A stretch of DNA of 59,546 bases from an uncultured Candidatus Saccharibacteria bacterium (lineage in GTDB: Bacteria > Patescibacteriota > Minisyncoccia > UBA6257 > 1-14-0-10-44-23), in contig CAZXKC010000006.1 in assembly GCA_964641225.1 (NCBI GenBank), forward strand, positions 1 through 59,546. The letters run 5' to 3'. The stretch's first letter is position 1. Every line of letters starts with the position of its first letter. Below, piece after piece: positions 51,070 through 59,546 of this stretch. Under the pieces are notes generated by a model. That model did not search any database. It was not told where the DNA came from and was given only the letters and a program-made list of their open reading frames with translations. The translations under genes and the position numbers were made by a program.

Positions 51070-51645
51070 TTGCGCTACAAATATATGAAAAAATCTACGT
51101 GGATAATTTTAGCAGTCGTTGCCCTCATCGTGCTTTGGGGTATTACCGGTTACAATCGACTCGTGAGTCTTAATGCAGGAGTTGATAATCAGTGGGCGCA
51201 GGTGGAGACGCAGTATCAGCGTCGTTTTGACCTGATTCCGAATTTAGTTAGTTCTGTAAAAGGTGTACTTACTCAGGAACAGAAGGTATTTGGTGATATT
51301 GCCGATGCACGTACGCGATACAGTGGTGCCACGACTGTAAGCGACAAGGTTGCAGCCGCAAATGACGTTGAATCAGCTCTCGGTAGACTTTTAGTAATTG
51401 TAGAAAATTACCCGCAGTTACAGTCATCGCAGACCGTTCAGACGCTGATGACTCAGCTTGAAGGAACAGAAAATCGTATCAGCGTTGAGCGTAAGCGTTT
51501 CAATGACAACGTAACCAGCTTGAATGTTGCTACGCAGCGTTTCCCGTCCTCGATTCTTGCTGGTATCTTTGGATTCCACGGCCGTGAATACTTCCAGGCT
51601 GCAGAAGGGTCTGAGGTTGCGCCAACAGTTGATTTGACTCAATAG
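51070..51645 (+). CDS. LemA family protein
   Basis: N-terminal TM segment plus YNRLV.., QVETQYQRRFDLIPNLV and ENYPQLQSSQ motifs. The likelier start is the ATG at 51085. Confidence 0.85.
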   Translation: MRYKYMKKSTWIILAVVALIVLWGITGYNRLVSLNAGVDNQWAQVETQYQRRFDLIPNLVSSVKGVLTQEQKVFGDIADARTRYSGATTVSDKVAAANDVESALGRLLVIVENYPQLQSSQTVQTLMTQLEGTENRISVERKRFNDNVTSLNVATQRFPSSILAGIFGFHGREYFQAAEGSEVAPTVDLTQ

Positions 51646-51655
51646 TATTAGTGAT

Positions 51656-52543
51656 ATGCGTTTTGCAGCTGCGAAATATTTTGTAGCTGCAGTGGTCGGA
51701 GTTATTGCAATTCCGTTTATTGCAGCTGCCTATGTTAGTCCGGGGAAACCAACAGGTTTTGTTAATGATTTTGCCGGTGTTATTTCTGTCGCTGATCGAC
51801 AGGAGTTGGAGCAAAACATAACTCAATTTACAAAAGATACTAGTATTGAAATTGCTGCAGTGACTGTTCCATCGCTCGGCGACGATACGATCGAAAACTA
51901 TGCCGTAGCGTTGTTCCAAGAATGGGGTATTGGCGGCAAAGAAAAAGATACTGGGGTGCTCTTACTTGTGGCACCGAGCGATCGACAGGTGCGTATTGAA
52001 GTCGGGTATGGTTTGGAGGGGGCGCTTACCGACGCGCAGGCTGGGCAAATTATTGACCTGATGACGCCGAATTTTAAAGCAGGGGATTTTAGTGGCGGTA
52101 TCAAGATCGGCGTGCAGGCAATCGAAAGTGCTGTCCAAGGCGAGGGAGTTCCTAGTACATCAGCACCTGTTCATTTTTCATTTGATTTTGGATTGCTTTT
52201 CTTTTTTATAATCTTTCTTTTTAGAGGAATTTTTGTCTTGTTCGCCCGCACAAAGTCGTGGTGGCTTGGTGGCGTGCTCGGTGCTGTTGGTGGCGGAATT
52301 TGGGGGCTTATTGCCGGATCACTTTTAACAGCCGGTATTGCTGCGATTGTTCTTATTCCGATCGGTTTACTTTTTGATTTTATCGCCAGTAAGTCATTTG
52401 GGAAAATAACCGGCCGCAATCCGAATATATGGCTCGGCGGCGGACCGTTTGGCGGAGGTGGCGGTGGTTTTGGAGGTGGGGGAGGTTTTGGTGGATTCGG
52501 CGGCGGGAGTTCGGGGGGAGGCGGCGCAAGCGGCCGTTTCTAA
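51656..52543 (+). CDS. TPM domain protein (YgcG-like) with TM segments and a Gly-rich tail
   Basis: TPM-phosphatase-like N-domain (VNDFAGVIS.., GVLLLVAPSDRQVRIEVGYGLE). Canonical pairing with LemA. Confidence 0.8.
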   Translation: MRFAAAKYFVAAVVGVIAIPFIAAAYVSPGKPTGFVNDFAGVISVADRQELEQNITQFTKDTSIEIAAVTVPSLGDDTIENYAVALFQEWGIGGKEKDTGVLLLVAPSDRQVRIEVGYGLEGALTDAQAGQIIDLMTPNFKAGDFSGGIKIGVQAIESAVQGEGVPSTSAPVHFSFDFGLLFFFIIFLFRGIFVLFARTKSWWLGGVLGAVGGGIWGLIAGSLLTAGIAAIVLIPIGLLFDFIASKSFGKITGRNPNIWLGGGPFGGGGGGFGGGGGFGGFGGGSSGGGGASGRF

Positions 52544-52595
52544 GAGTGGTCCCGCCTGAGGCGGGCAAGCTTGACACGTCTGCTATAGTGGATGG

Positions 52596-52733
52596 ACCAG
52601 GCAGATCCTAGCGGTCAAAGTCGTACCTGGTCGTAACTCACACACATTACGTATATGATGGATCCAGCCGGCGGTTGCAGCTGCTAAGAGCAGCGTGCTC
52701 CGGGCGGGCGCTTCGCGCCCGCCCGTTTTTCTT
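52596..52733 (+). ncRNA. Candidate small RNA (~140 nt)
   Basis: Extended -10 TGcTATAGT at 52581-52589, a 5' hairpin GACCAGG...CCTGGTC, and a strong terminator at 52701-52733 (CGGGCGGGCGC-ttc-GCGCCCGCCCG + TTTTTCTT). It contains only a 10-codon ATG frame. Confidence 0.4.
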
Positions 52734-52780
52734 ATGCACTTGCTAGTTTTCTCTGCTTTTCTATATACTGAAAGAGTAGT

Positions 52781-53065
52781 TCACAAGCTCGCGCTGTGAG
52801 GCGCGAGAAGGCAACGGAGAGCTCTCGATGATGAAGTCGCGGAATTGGTTGCAGCGTCTCCTGTTCCGCTTCCGCAGGATTCCGACCAGGAACATGCGTC
52901 CCATCTGAAGGGAGAGTGAGTATCTACGGCCACGTGGGAGGTCGAAAAGGGCTCATAACCCTGATCCCGAGTCAGCTCAATGGCTAATCTTTGCCCTAGG
53001 ACCGGGCAAGTTGCGGCAGCACTGAGGGGGTTTCGCGAATGGTAAACGCGGAGCCCCTTCTTCAT
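52781..53065 (-). CDS. Hypothetical protein (GC-rich cassette G), doubtful
   Basis: 94-aa ORF in a GC-rich patch. No clear RBS and low-complexity composition. Confidence 0.3.
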   Translation of the reverse strand: MKKGLRVYHSRNPLSAAATCPVLGQRLAIELTRDQGYEPFSTSHVAVDTHSPFRWDACSWSESCGSGTGDAATNSATSSSRALRCLLAPHSASL

Positions 53066-53292
53066 ATCCTGGGTAGATGTGTATAATATGTGGACTTAAG
53101 TCAAATTCCCGCATAGCGGGATACTTTTTCATGATTTTGTCTATGAAATATTTACTGTATTACGGCGGTATAATTAGATAGAACTTCGCGGAAGTTTAGG
53201 GTTTCCTGATCAGAGACCCACGTAGGCACAGTCGATAATTAATCGTGTAACTCAATACCAGTAGTGCACGAAAGATTCACTAATCTACTATT

Positions 53293-53373
53293 ATGGACCC
53301 AGTCAAGAAAGGACCAGGTAAGCCGCAGCCAGGACAACCGATGCCTCCGCAGCAACCGATGGGCGGACACTAA
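53293..53373 (+). CDS. Candidate 26-aa Pro/Gln/Gly-rich peptide (MDPVKKGPGKPQPGQPMPPQQPMGGH)
   Basis: Hand-translated. TATAAT at 53170 lies upstream and a strong terminator follows immediately downstream. Confidence 0.25.
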   Translation: MDPVKKGPGKPQPGQPMPPQQPMGGH

Positions 53374-53383
53374 GGAATTTTAC

Positions 53384-53407
53384 AAAAACCCGCTTCCGCG
53401 GGTTTTT
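53384..53407. terminator. Bidirectional rho-independent terminator
   Basis: AAAAACCCGC-ttcc-GCGGGTTTTT, with A- and T-runs on both sides. Confidence 0.75.
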
Positions 53408-53424
53408 GGTTTATTGAGCTCAAT

Positions 53425-54495
53425 TTAGAATCGTGGATCGAAGTTCCGCATTTGCTCCCTCTCTTCGAAGTAGAATCTGTGGTTATTATACGATCCTGGC
53501 TCAAAGCGGGGAATAATATAGGCCAGCGTGACGCCGATTGTGATTACTGCTGCCATCCAGATACTTATCAAGACTGCAAGCGTCGGACCGCTGGCAGTAT
53601 TTTTCTTTCGGAGCATTGAGATGCCGGCTAAGAATATGATAATCATCGGGATAACGACGACTGCATAGGCGGCAGCGGCTGCAAACGGGAAGTAGCGTTC
53701 ACCAATGAGCACGATGAAACGAATAAAGTCTGGATCCATGCGCGGGTCAGGGACGTTGACCAGAAATCCAAGAATCGCAACGGTGGCCGCTACGCAACCG
53801 ACGCTGCCGGCAAATGTGAAGAGAACACCGATCAGTGTGCGTAGCGCCGGAATAATTTTACTAAAGAGCGTTCCCAGGAGACTAAATAGAGCGGCAAAGA
53901 ATTGGGCGACTGTTCCGGCTGGTGTTTTTAATTTCTGCTTGTCGGTCTCCACGCGCGCCTTGACCGCCTCTTCAAGATTTTTGAGCGTGACCGGATCACC
54001 CTGCATCTCCATTTTTTGAGAGATTGTCTGTGCTTCAGGTACGATAAGCCAGAGCAGTACGTAGATCGCAATGCCAAGTCCTGAAAAAAGCGTGAATACG
54101 GCAAATATAATTCGAATATACAGCGCATCAATTCCAAAATACGCAGCTAATCCGCCGGCTACTCCGGCAATAATTTTATTATCAGTATCACGGTAGAGTT
54201 TTTTCAGAGGTCGGGCAGCGTACTCGTTCTGATGTCGCGGCTCATCTGAGGCGATGTCCTCGCTGGTACCCATGCTGCGGATGACCGATTCAACCTCTGC
54301 CATTGTAACTGCCTGTGCTTTGCGATGAGTTGCTACCTGGAATTGTTCGGCAATACGCGCCTCGATGTCGGCGATAATTTCCGAGTCGGTAAAGGTTTTT
54401 TTAATTGACTCAAGATATGAGCGCAGACGCTCATAGGCATCTTCTTCTATCGAGAAGAGGATATTATTGAGAGTTATATTCAGTGCTTTTTTCAT
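53425..54495 (-). CDS. PspC domain-containing membrane protein
   Basis: PspC motif (LYRDTDNKIIAGVAGGLAAYFGIDALYIRIIF) and multiple C-terminal TM segments. Confidence 0.75.
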   Translation of the reverse strand: MKKALNITLNNILFSIEEDAYERLRSYLESIKKTFTDSEIIADIEARIAEQFQVATHRKAQAVTMAEVESVIRSMGTSEDIASDEPRHQNEYAARPLKKLYRDTDNKIIAGVAGGLAAYFGIDALYIRIIFAVFTLFSGLGIAIYVLLWLIVPEAQTISQKMEMQGDPVTLKNLEEAVKARVETDKQKLKTPAGTVAQFFAALFSLLGTLFSKIIPALRTLIGVLFTFAGSVGCVAATVAILGFLVNVPDPRMDPDFIRFIVLIGERYFPFAAAAAYAVVVIPMIIIFLAGISMLRKKNTASGPTLAVLISIWMAAVITIGVTLAYIIPRFEPGSYNNHRFYFEEREQMRNFDPRF

Positions 54496-54497
54496 AC

Positions 54498-54857
54498 TTA
54501 TTTCATAAGGGCGTTAATTGAGGCGGCCAGTGTTTTCCATGTAGACTTGAGGCGTATAAGCGTTGTTTTTCCTTTTTCCGTCAGACTGTAGTATTTGCGC
54601 GGTGGACCTGATTCTGATTCCTCCCAACGGTAACTGAGATAGTTTTCGGAGCGCAGTCTGCTTAGAAGAGGGTAGAGGGTGCCCTCGACGACCAGCAGAT
54701 CGGCTTGTTTAAGTTCTGCGAGAATATCTGACGCATATACCTCGCCGCGAGAGATAATGAGTAACGTGCAGAATTCTAAGAGTCCTTTGCGCATCTGACT
54801 GGCGCTATTTTCTTCTTTAGTTGTTTCTTTATCGGGCATACTAAAAGTATTACACAT
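54498..54857 (-). CDS. PadR family transcriptional regulator
   Basis: Winged-helix PadR core (GEVYASDILAEL..EGTLYPLLSRL..RKYYSLTEKG). The likelier start is the ATG at 54839 (MPDKETT..). Confidence 0.85.
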   Translation of the reverse strand: MCNTFSMPDKETTKEENSASQMRKGLLEFCTLLIISRGEVYASDILAELKQADLLVVEGTLYPLLSRLRSENYLSYRWEESESGPPRKYYSLTEKGKTTLIRLKSTWKTLAASINALMK

Positions 54858-54886
54858 AGTACCTTGTAATACAAGGTACTATGTGT
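54852..54886. promoter_or_regulatory. 35-bp near-perfect palindrome, candidate PadR operator
   Basis: ACACATAGTACCTTGTA-A-TACAAGGTACTATGTGT, with 17-bp arms around one central base. Contains ATGT/ACAT half-sites ~13 nt upstream of the PadR ATG. Confidence 0.55.
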
Positions 54887-55349
54887 GGAAAACTTTAACC
54901 GACTTATTATAAGTCTTTACTTTGGAACCGATACGAGAGTTTTTTTGTCCAGCAACAGAGCTGGCGCCCAGAAAATTAAAACCCAGAAAAATGGAAATGT
55001 GCACCGGTATGTGTACTATGGCTGTACGCGCAGTAGAGATATTAATTGTAAGAGTGGCTATCTTCGCGAAGAGCAATTAGTAGAACAGCTTGTAGAGCTA
55101 ATTGATAAAATGGATTTGGACGAGCTTGGTATGCGAGAGCAGTTAGAAAAAGAGGTTATAAAAAATCGCAAATTTATGAGAGGCGTGCTTGGGATCAAGA
55201 GTGAAAAAATAGATCAGCAAGATATTGATACCAGAAACTATGCAAAGTATGTCTTACGAGAGGGAAGTTTGCCGGAGAAACGGGAATTACTTATCAGTAT
55301 GAGAAGTCAGTTAGCGATCAAAAATAAAAAAGTTTATATGTTTTCATAG
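54885..55349 (+). pseudogene. C-terminal remnant of a large serine recombinase
   Basis: Only the zinc-ribbon/coiled-coil part (VHRYVYYGCTRSRDINCKSGYLREEQLVEQLVELI..) is present. The N-terminal resolvase catalytic domain is absent. Confidence 0.6.
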
Positions 55350-55398
55350 ATGAATTAGAAGTTTGATTTTCGGTCGGTGTGGGATATGATTATCAACA

Positions 55399-57642
55399 AT
55401 GGAATCATTTGATCGATTTGAAGCAATGCAGCCTAGGGGTTCGCGTTCTAGCGCCGTCTTTGAACAGGTGCGCCCAGGACGGAACGAACAAGAGAGAATT
55501 CTTGAGCAGTTCACTCCAGAAGAACGGAGTATTATTCGTTCACGACAAGAACTCCTTTCCTCATTAGCCTATTTTATAGGTAAGGATTTTAAGATTCCCA
55601 TTCTTTTAAATGAGCCAGGTGAGGGATGGCATTGGAATTGGGAAGAAAATCACATAAAAATAGATCCGAAAGACTTGCTGGAAAAACCGATTGACTATCT
55701 TCGTTTTGTTATTTCTCACGAAGCAGGTCACCGGCGTATTAGTCGTGCCGATGTATTACCGCGAGAAACCCTTGAGAAGCCGGGATTTTCTTTTATGCTT
55801 AATGCGATCGAGGATCCGCGGGACAATAATTTTGTTGCAGAGGCGTATCCAAGATTTCGTCAGCAGATGAAACTTGCTTATGAGCTTGACCAGCAGTTTG
55901 AGCAGGAGGCTAAAAAGGCTGCTAAGGAAGATCTTGGACAGACTCCACGTTTTGTGCAAGCCGGCTTGGAATACATCAAGCAGTGGTTTCGTGAGGTGCA
56001 GGAGCAAACAGCAGAAATAGATAAAGCTTTACCAGCAGAGGTCCAGGAAGTTGTCACAAAGACTTTAGCAGCTGCTCAGGATGCTTGGTGGCGATATCCT
56101 TCCAAGGAAGAGGCTAATAAAGGTGAAAAGATAATTAGAAAATATGCCACAAAGGTTGCCCAAATTGCCCTTAAGAAAGTTTGGCCTGAGTTTCAAAAAC
56201 TTGTGGAGCAGGATCAGAAAGATCAAGAAGCTCAACAGGCACTTGACCAAATGCAACAGCCCGAAGGCGATACTTCAGGTGAAGCTCAAGGCGAAGGGCA
56301 GCCACAGCCTAGTGGTGCCGGATCTAGGAGTCGTATCCCTGAACAGCTAAAGAAACAACTTTCCGAAGAAGAACAAAAAGAACTTGAAAGAGCAATTGAA
56401 CAAGCTATTGAAAGTGCTCAGGGTAAGGCGCAACAGGGTGGGCAGGGATCAGAAGATAGCTCTCAAGAGAGTCCCCAGGAAGGCGCGCCGTCTCAGGCTG
56501 GTCATGTTGATCAGAGTTCTTTTTCTGATGAACTTAAAAAGAAAATTCGTGAATATATCGAAAGCCTTACTGAAGATCAGCGTAAACAACTTGAGACTCA
56601 AGCCAGGCAAGCCATTAAAGATTTTGAGGACAAGCTCAATGAAGAATTACAAGGTAAATTTTCTCAAAGTGAAAGCGAAGAGTTAGGCCAAGGTTCAGAA
56701 TCTGAAGAAGGGCGAGAACCTAGCGATCAACGATCAGCTGGTGGTAGCGCTTTGCGAAGCGGGGAGTTTCCAGATAAACCAGTTGAAGTTGATCCTAGTG
56801 TACTTACCTACAGGGAGCGAGTAGAAAGACTTGTAAATTTGGATGAGAATTTATATGAAAAATATCGCCGCGAAGTTTTGCCGCTTATTGATAAGCTAGA
56901 ATCAGAACTTCGGGAAATTTTCGTTGATCGAGAGACTACCGCCTGGAAAGGTGGCTTTAGGGTAGGTAAACGCATAGATATTAAACGCAGGATACAGGAA
57001 AAAGCAAAGTCAATTTCTCCTGCAGAGAGTAAGGCTTGGCAAAAGCGTGAGTTGCCAGATAAAAATGATTACGCAATAACACTGCTCGTTGATTTATCGG
57101 GATCGATGCGAAAAGAAAAGCGTATTGAAGAAACGTTTAAGTCCGTCATTGTCCTAGTTGAAGTGCTTAACCGGCTAGGCGTTGATGTTGAGGTATTAGG
57201 ATTTAATGATGATTTGTATGAATACCAGAATTTCGGACAGCCGTTGTCAAAAAAGATACGCGAACATATGGGCGGCATGCCTAAAGAAGTTGACGATAGT
57301 TGCTGCAAGGGATGTGGTAATGAGCATAGCGAAACTGACTTAGGTTGGGCAACTAGTGTTGCTTCCCAGCGCTTAGCTCAGCAAAAAACTGCTCGTAAAA
57401 TTCTGATTACTTTATCAGACGGTATTTTGGCTGGATCATCTAAGCATCCTGGAAGAGATAATGAGATAGCAGGTGTTGTAAAGAATATTTTGAAGGATAC
57501 TGATATTCGTCCTGTTGGCCTTGGAGTTGGAACCGGAACGGAATCTATTACTCAACATTATCCAGGGGCTAAGTCAGTTTTAACTGTTAAAGAGATGGTC
57601 GACACATTTCCAGATTTGTTGCGTGAGATTATTGCTAAATAA
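55399..57642 (+). CDS. HExxH metallopeptidase-like / acidic linker / von Willebrand factor A (vWA) protein (CobT- or DUF2201-like)
   Basis: 747 aa. HEAGH at ~aa 107, a long E/Q/S-rich acidic middle region, and a C-terminal vWA domain with the MIDAS motif LLVDLSGSM. Confidence 0.75.
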   Translation: MESFDRFEAMQPRGSRSSAVFEQVRPGRNEQERILEQFTPEERSIIRSRQELLSSLAYFIGKDFKIPILLNEPGEGWHWNWEENHIKIDPKDLLEKPIDYLRFVISHEAGHRRISRADVLPRETLEKPGFSFMLNAIEDPRDNNFVAEAYPRFRQQMKLAYELDQQFEQEAKKAAKEDLGQTPRFVQAGLEYIKQWFREVQEQTAEIDKALPAEVQEVVTKTLAAAQDAWWRYPSKEEANKGEKIIRKYATKVAQIALKKVWPEFQKLVEQDQKDQEAQQALDQMQQPEGDTSGEAQGEGQPQPSGAGSRSRIPEQLKKQLSEEEQKELERAIEQAIESAQGKAQQGGQGSEDSSQESPQEGAPSQAGHVDQSSFSDELKKKIREYIESLTEDQRKQLETQARQAIKDFEDKLNEELQGKFSQSESEELGQGSESEEGREPSDQRSAGGSALRSGEFPDKPVEVDPSVLTYRERVERLVNLDENLYEKYRREVLPLIDKLESELREIFVDRETTAWKGGFRVGKRIDIKRRIQEKAKSISPAESKAWQKRELPDKNDYAITLLVDLSGSMRKEKRIEETFKSVIVLVEVLNRLGVDVEVLGFNDDLYEYQNFGQPLSKKIREHMGGMPKEVDDSCCKGCGNEHSETDLGWATSVASQRLAQQKTARKILITLSDGILAGSSKHPGRDNEIAGVVKNILKDTDIRPVGLGVGTGTESITQHYPGAKSVLTVKEMVDTFPDLLREIIAK

Positions 57643-57666
57643 GATAGTTTTTAGTAACATTTACCT

Positions 57667-58074
57667 ATGGTCACATATCCTGACAGTACCGGACTTTCAA
57701 CATTTTTGGAGCATACCCAGGGAAGCAAGGAGGTGAGTTTATTGATAAGTCCCGAAGTAGAGATTGCTGATCTTATTAAAGAACTTAGTCAGCGAGAATT
57801 TTTACCTCTTAAGGCATACGTTGATTTAAACACTCCCGGTAAGTATTTTATAGTTTTAGATTTGCAAAATGCAAAAGATTTATACGATATCGTCTGTCAG
57901 TATACGACTGGGCAGATTAGTGTTTTTGATATAAAAGGGCAGCAGTCTTTGTGGATAAATCCCAATTACGCCGAGACTTCACTTGTTGTTGTAATACCGC
58001 GTGAAAAGTTACCCGAAGCTGAAGCAACTGGCTTGCTGTTTCGTAATGCTGCCGGACTTACTCTTCAACTCTAA
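57667..58074 (+). CDS. Hypothetical protein between the vWA and AAA+ genes
   Basis: 135-aa ORF. No family recognised. Confidence 0.5.
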   Translation: MVTYPDSTGLSTFLEHTQGSKEVSLLISPEVEIADLIKELSQREFLPLKAYVDLNTPGKYFIVLDLQNAKDLYDIVCQYTTGQISVFDIKGQQSLWINPNYAETSLVVVIPREKLPEAEATGLLFRNAAGLTLQL

Positions 58075-58079
58075 AAGAT

Positions 58080-59546
58080 ATGCCTCGCGAACAATTTCAA
58101 GCACAACGAGCAGAGGGGGTTGATAAGAAGCTTCAACCAATTATTGAGACAGAGGGCTCCGTGTCTTATTTGGGTGTTGAATTGCCGAAGGCAAAAAATC
58201 GTGAGAATGCCCCCAAAAAAGAACAATACGCTGACTATATAAATGATAAATTTAGTCTTGAGCTTCAGCAGAAGATTGCTATTTCTTTACTTCAGGGTAG
58301 CGCAGTCCTTGTTGAGGGAGGAACGTCTATTGGCAAGACAACAACGGTGCGTAAGATGGCCTCTGATCTTGGTTGGGAGGTGCACTATGTGAACCTCAAC
58401 GGTGCAACCGATGTAGAAGATTTGATGGGTCGTTATATTCCAAATCCGCATCGACGCGGGGATACTGATCCTGAATATTCTTTTGCCGATGGTAAGGTTA
58501 CCTCCGGCCTTCGAGTGGAAGAGGGGAAAATAAAGGTAATCATTCTCGATGAGTATAATTCTGCCTCACCGAATATTCTTATTAGACTTCACGAAGTACT
58601 AGATGCTCTGAATCGTGACGGAGAAGTAGTTTTAGCCGAAGACGCTTCAGAGAAGTTGCGAGTTCAAAAAGCAGTTACTAAAGTTGTTGCTTTGGCTAAT
58701 CCTCCAGGTAAGGGCTATTTGCAACGTGAACCTATGGATCCTGCTCAGCTGCGAAGGTGGGTTTATATTAAGGAGGCAAGCGAGTTGCCCGATGAGACTT
58801 TTGCTTATTCAACAAGGTCACTGTTTTGTTTAGAGTCAGGCGAAACGCTTGCCCCAGAGCGAGCTTTTTTGCCGAGCAGACCCGAAGGCCCGCTGAGTCC
58901 CAAGGCGTTTGCCGAAATTCCAGGTATTGAGCAAATCATCGCAAAATATATCGAATTCCACCGGGGTGCAAAAGAGCTTCTTGCTTCTCGCAAGCTGGCC
59001 GCAGATCAACCGCAGGCGTTTACGTTCGACGATCGTGAGGAGCCGCGCCGTGTACGTGATTTCATTCGTCATTTTTATCGAGGTGATTTGAATGCTGTAT
59101 TTAAAACCGCCCTTCGTTATTATTATGCCGGTAAACTTCTCGATAGGGCAGATAAGGACAAGCTTGAGGAGCTTATCGCTAATGTTGAATACGTACCGCC
59201 GGTTAATACTAAACGCAAAGGAGCTGAGGAAGAAGCCGAAGAAACAGCCTTGCCTATTGCCGCCCGGGCCGCTGAGCTTGAAGCCCTACTCTCGGGTCGC
59301 AAGATTGAATTACCTGTTCCAGAACAACTAAAACTGGCTACCGAAATTCTTGGCAAAGAAAATGTTTTTGGATCGGCTGCCGTTGAGAAGGCCTTTGGCG
59401 TGCAAGTGAAAGAAATCCCGACGATTCCATTTAGTCGCGCAGAACTTGAGCAGGCTAGAAAACTTGAACAGATGCTCGTATTACGCATTAATAAGACTAA
59501 AGATGGTAAGCCGATGAGCATGGATGGAATAAGCAAAACTCTTATG
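58080..59546 (+). CDS. AAA+ ATPase (AAA_5: MoxR/CobS-like), 3'-partial at the window edge
   Basis: Not in the ORF track because it has no stop in the window. Hand-translated: 489 codons with no stop. Walker A EGGTSIGKTT, Walker B VIILDEYN, then ALANPPG..R. Confidence 0.75.
   Translation, partial: MPREQFQAQRAEGVDKKLQPIIETEGSVSYLGVELPKAKNRENAPKKEQYADYINDKFSLELQQKIAISLLQGSAVLVEGGTSIGKTTTVRKMASDLGWEVHYVNLNGATDVEDLMGRYIPNPHRRGDTDPEYSFADGKVTSGLRVEEGKIKVIILDEYNSASPNILIRLHEVLDALNRDGEVVLAEDASEKLRVQKAVTKVVALANPPGKGYLQREPMDPAQLRRWVYIKEASELPDETFAYSTRSLFCLESGETLAPERAFLPSRPEGPLSPKAFAEIPGIEQIIAKYIEFHRGAKELLASRKLAADQPQAFTFDDREEPRRVRDFIRHFYRGDLNAVFKTALRYYYAGKLLDRADKDKLEELIANVEYVPPVNTKRKGAEEEAEETALPIAARAAELEALLSGRKIELPVPEQLKLATEILGKENVFGSAAVEKAFGVQVKEIPTIPFSRAELEQARKLEQMLVLRINKTKDGKPMSMDGISKTLM

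Noticed and set aside
1-59546. CRISPR arrays, rRNA genes, intact IS elements or transposases.
   Set aside because: No regularly spaced direct repeats, no rRNA-like conserved stretches and no transposase-like ORFs were found. The only recombinase signal is the truncated serine-recombinase remnant at 54885-55349.

Overview
The window looks like a chromosomal segment of a small-genome bacterium, probably Patescibacteria/CPR-like; that taxonomic call is inference from gene content and architecture. The backbone is housekeeping and moderately AT-rich. It carries argS, ileS, trpS, proS, RNase J, frr, rseP, a complete rod/elongasome cluster (two mreB, mreC, mreD, mrdA), tpiA, PGI/PMI, ftsEX, a histidine kinase/response regulator pair, prfB, a P-type ATPase, three GH130 domains, msrA, dgkA, LemA/TPM, PspC/PadR and three tRNAs (Leu-CAG, Gly-CCC, Thr-CGU). 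Many backbone genes have no Shine-Dalgarno; a -10-like hexamer sits 6-8 nt before the ATG instead, which suggests leaderless mRNAs. Short, visibly GC-richer cassettes with GGAGG-type ribosome-binding sites and GC hairpin terminators are scattered through this backbone. One cassette (35.2-36.8 kb) encodes an orphan retron-like reverse transcriptase (YADD motif) behind a ~360-nt GC-rich, terminator-capped, probably non-coding upstream region, with no recognisable effector; this is my top candidate for an undescribed system. Other notable signals:
- A ~270-280-nt structured RNA element in two full inverted copies (81-nt identical core, compensatory closing helix) plus one partial copy.
- A perfect 16-bp palindrome core, ATATCATATATGATAT, at four loci plus one variant.
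- An XRE-HTH::MurA fusion.
- An IleRS carrying an inserted histidine-phosphatase domain.
- An RF2 lacking domain 1 that starts on the CCA end of tRNA-Thr.
- A recombinase-remnant-flanked HExxH-vWA / AAA+ (CobT/CobS- or MoxR-like) module running off the right edge.

No rRNA, CRISPR array or intact transposase was seen.
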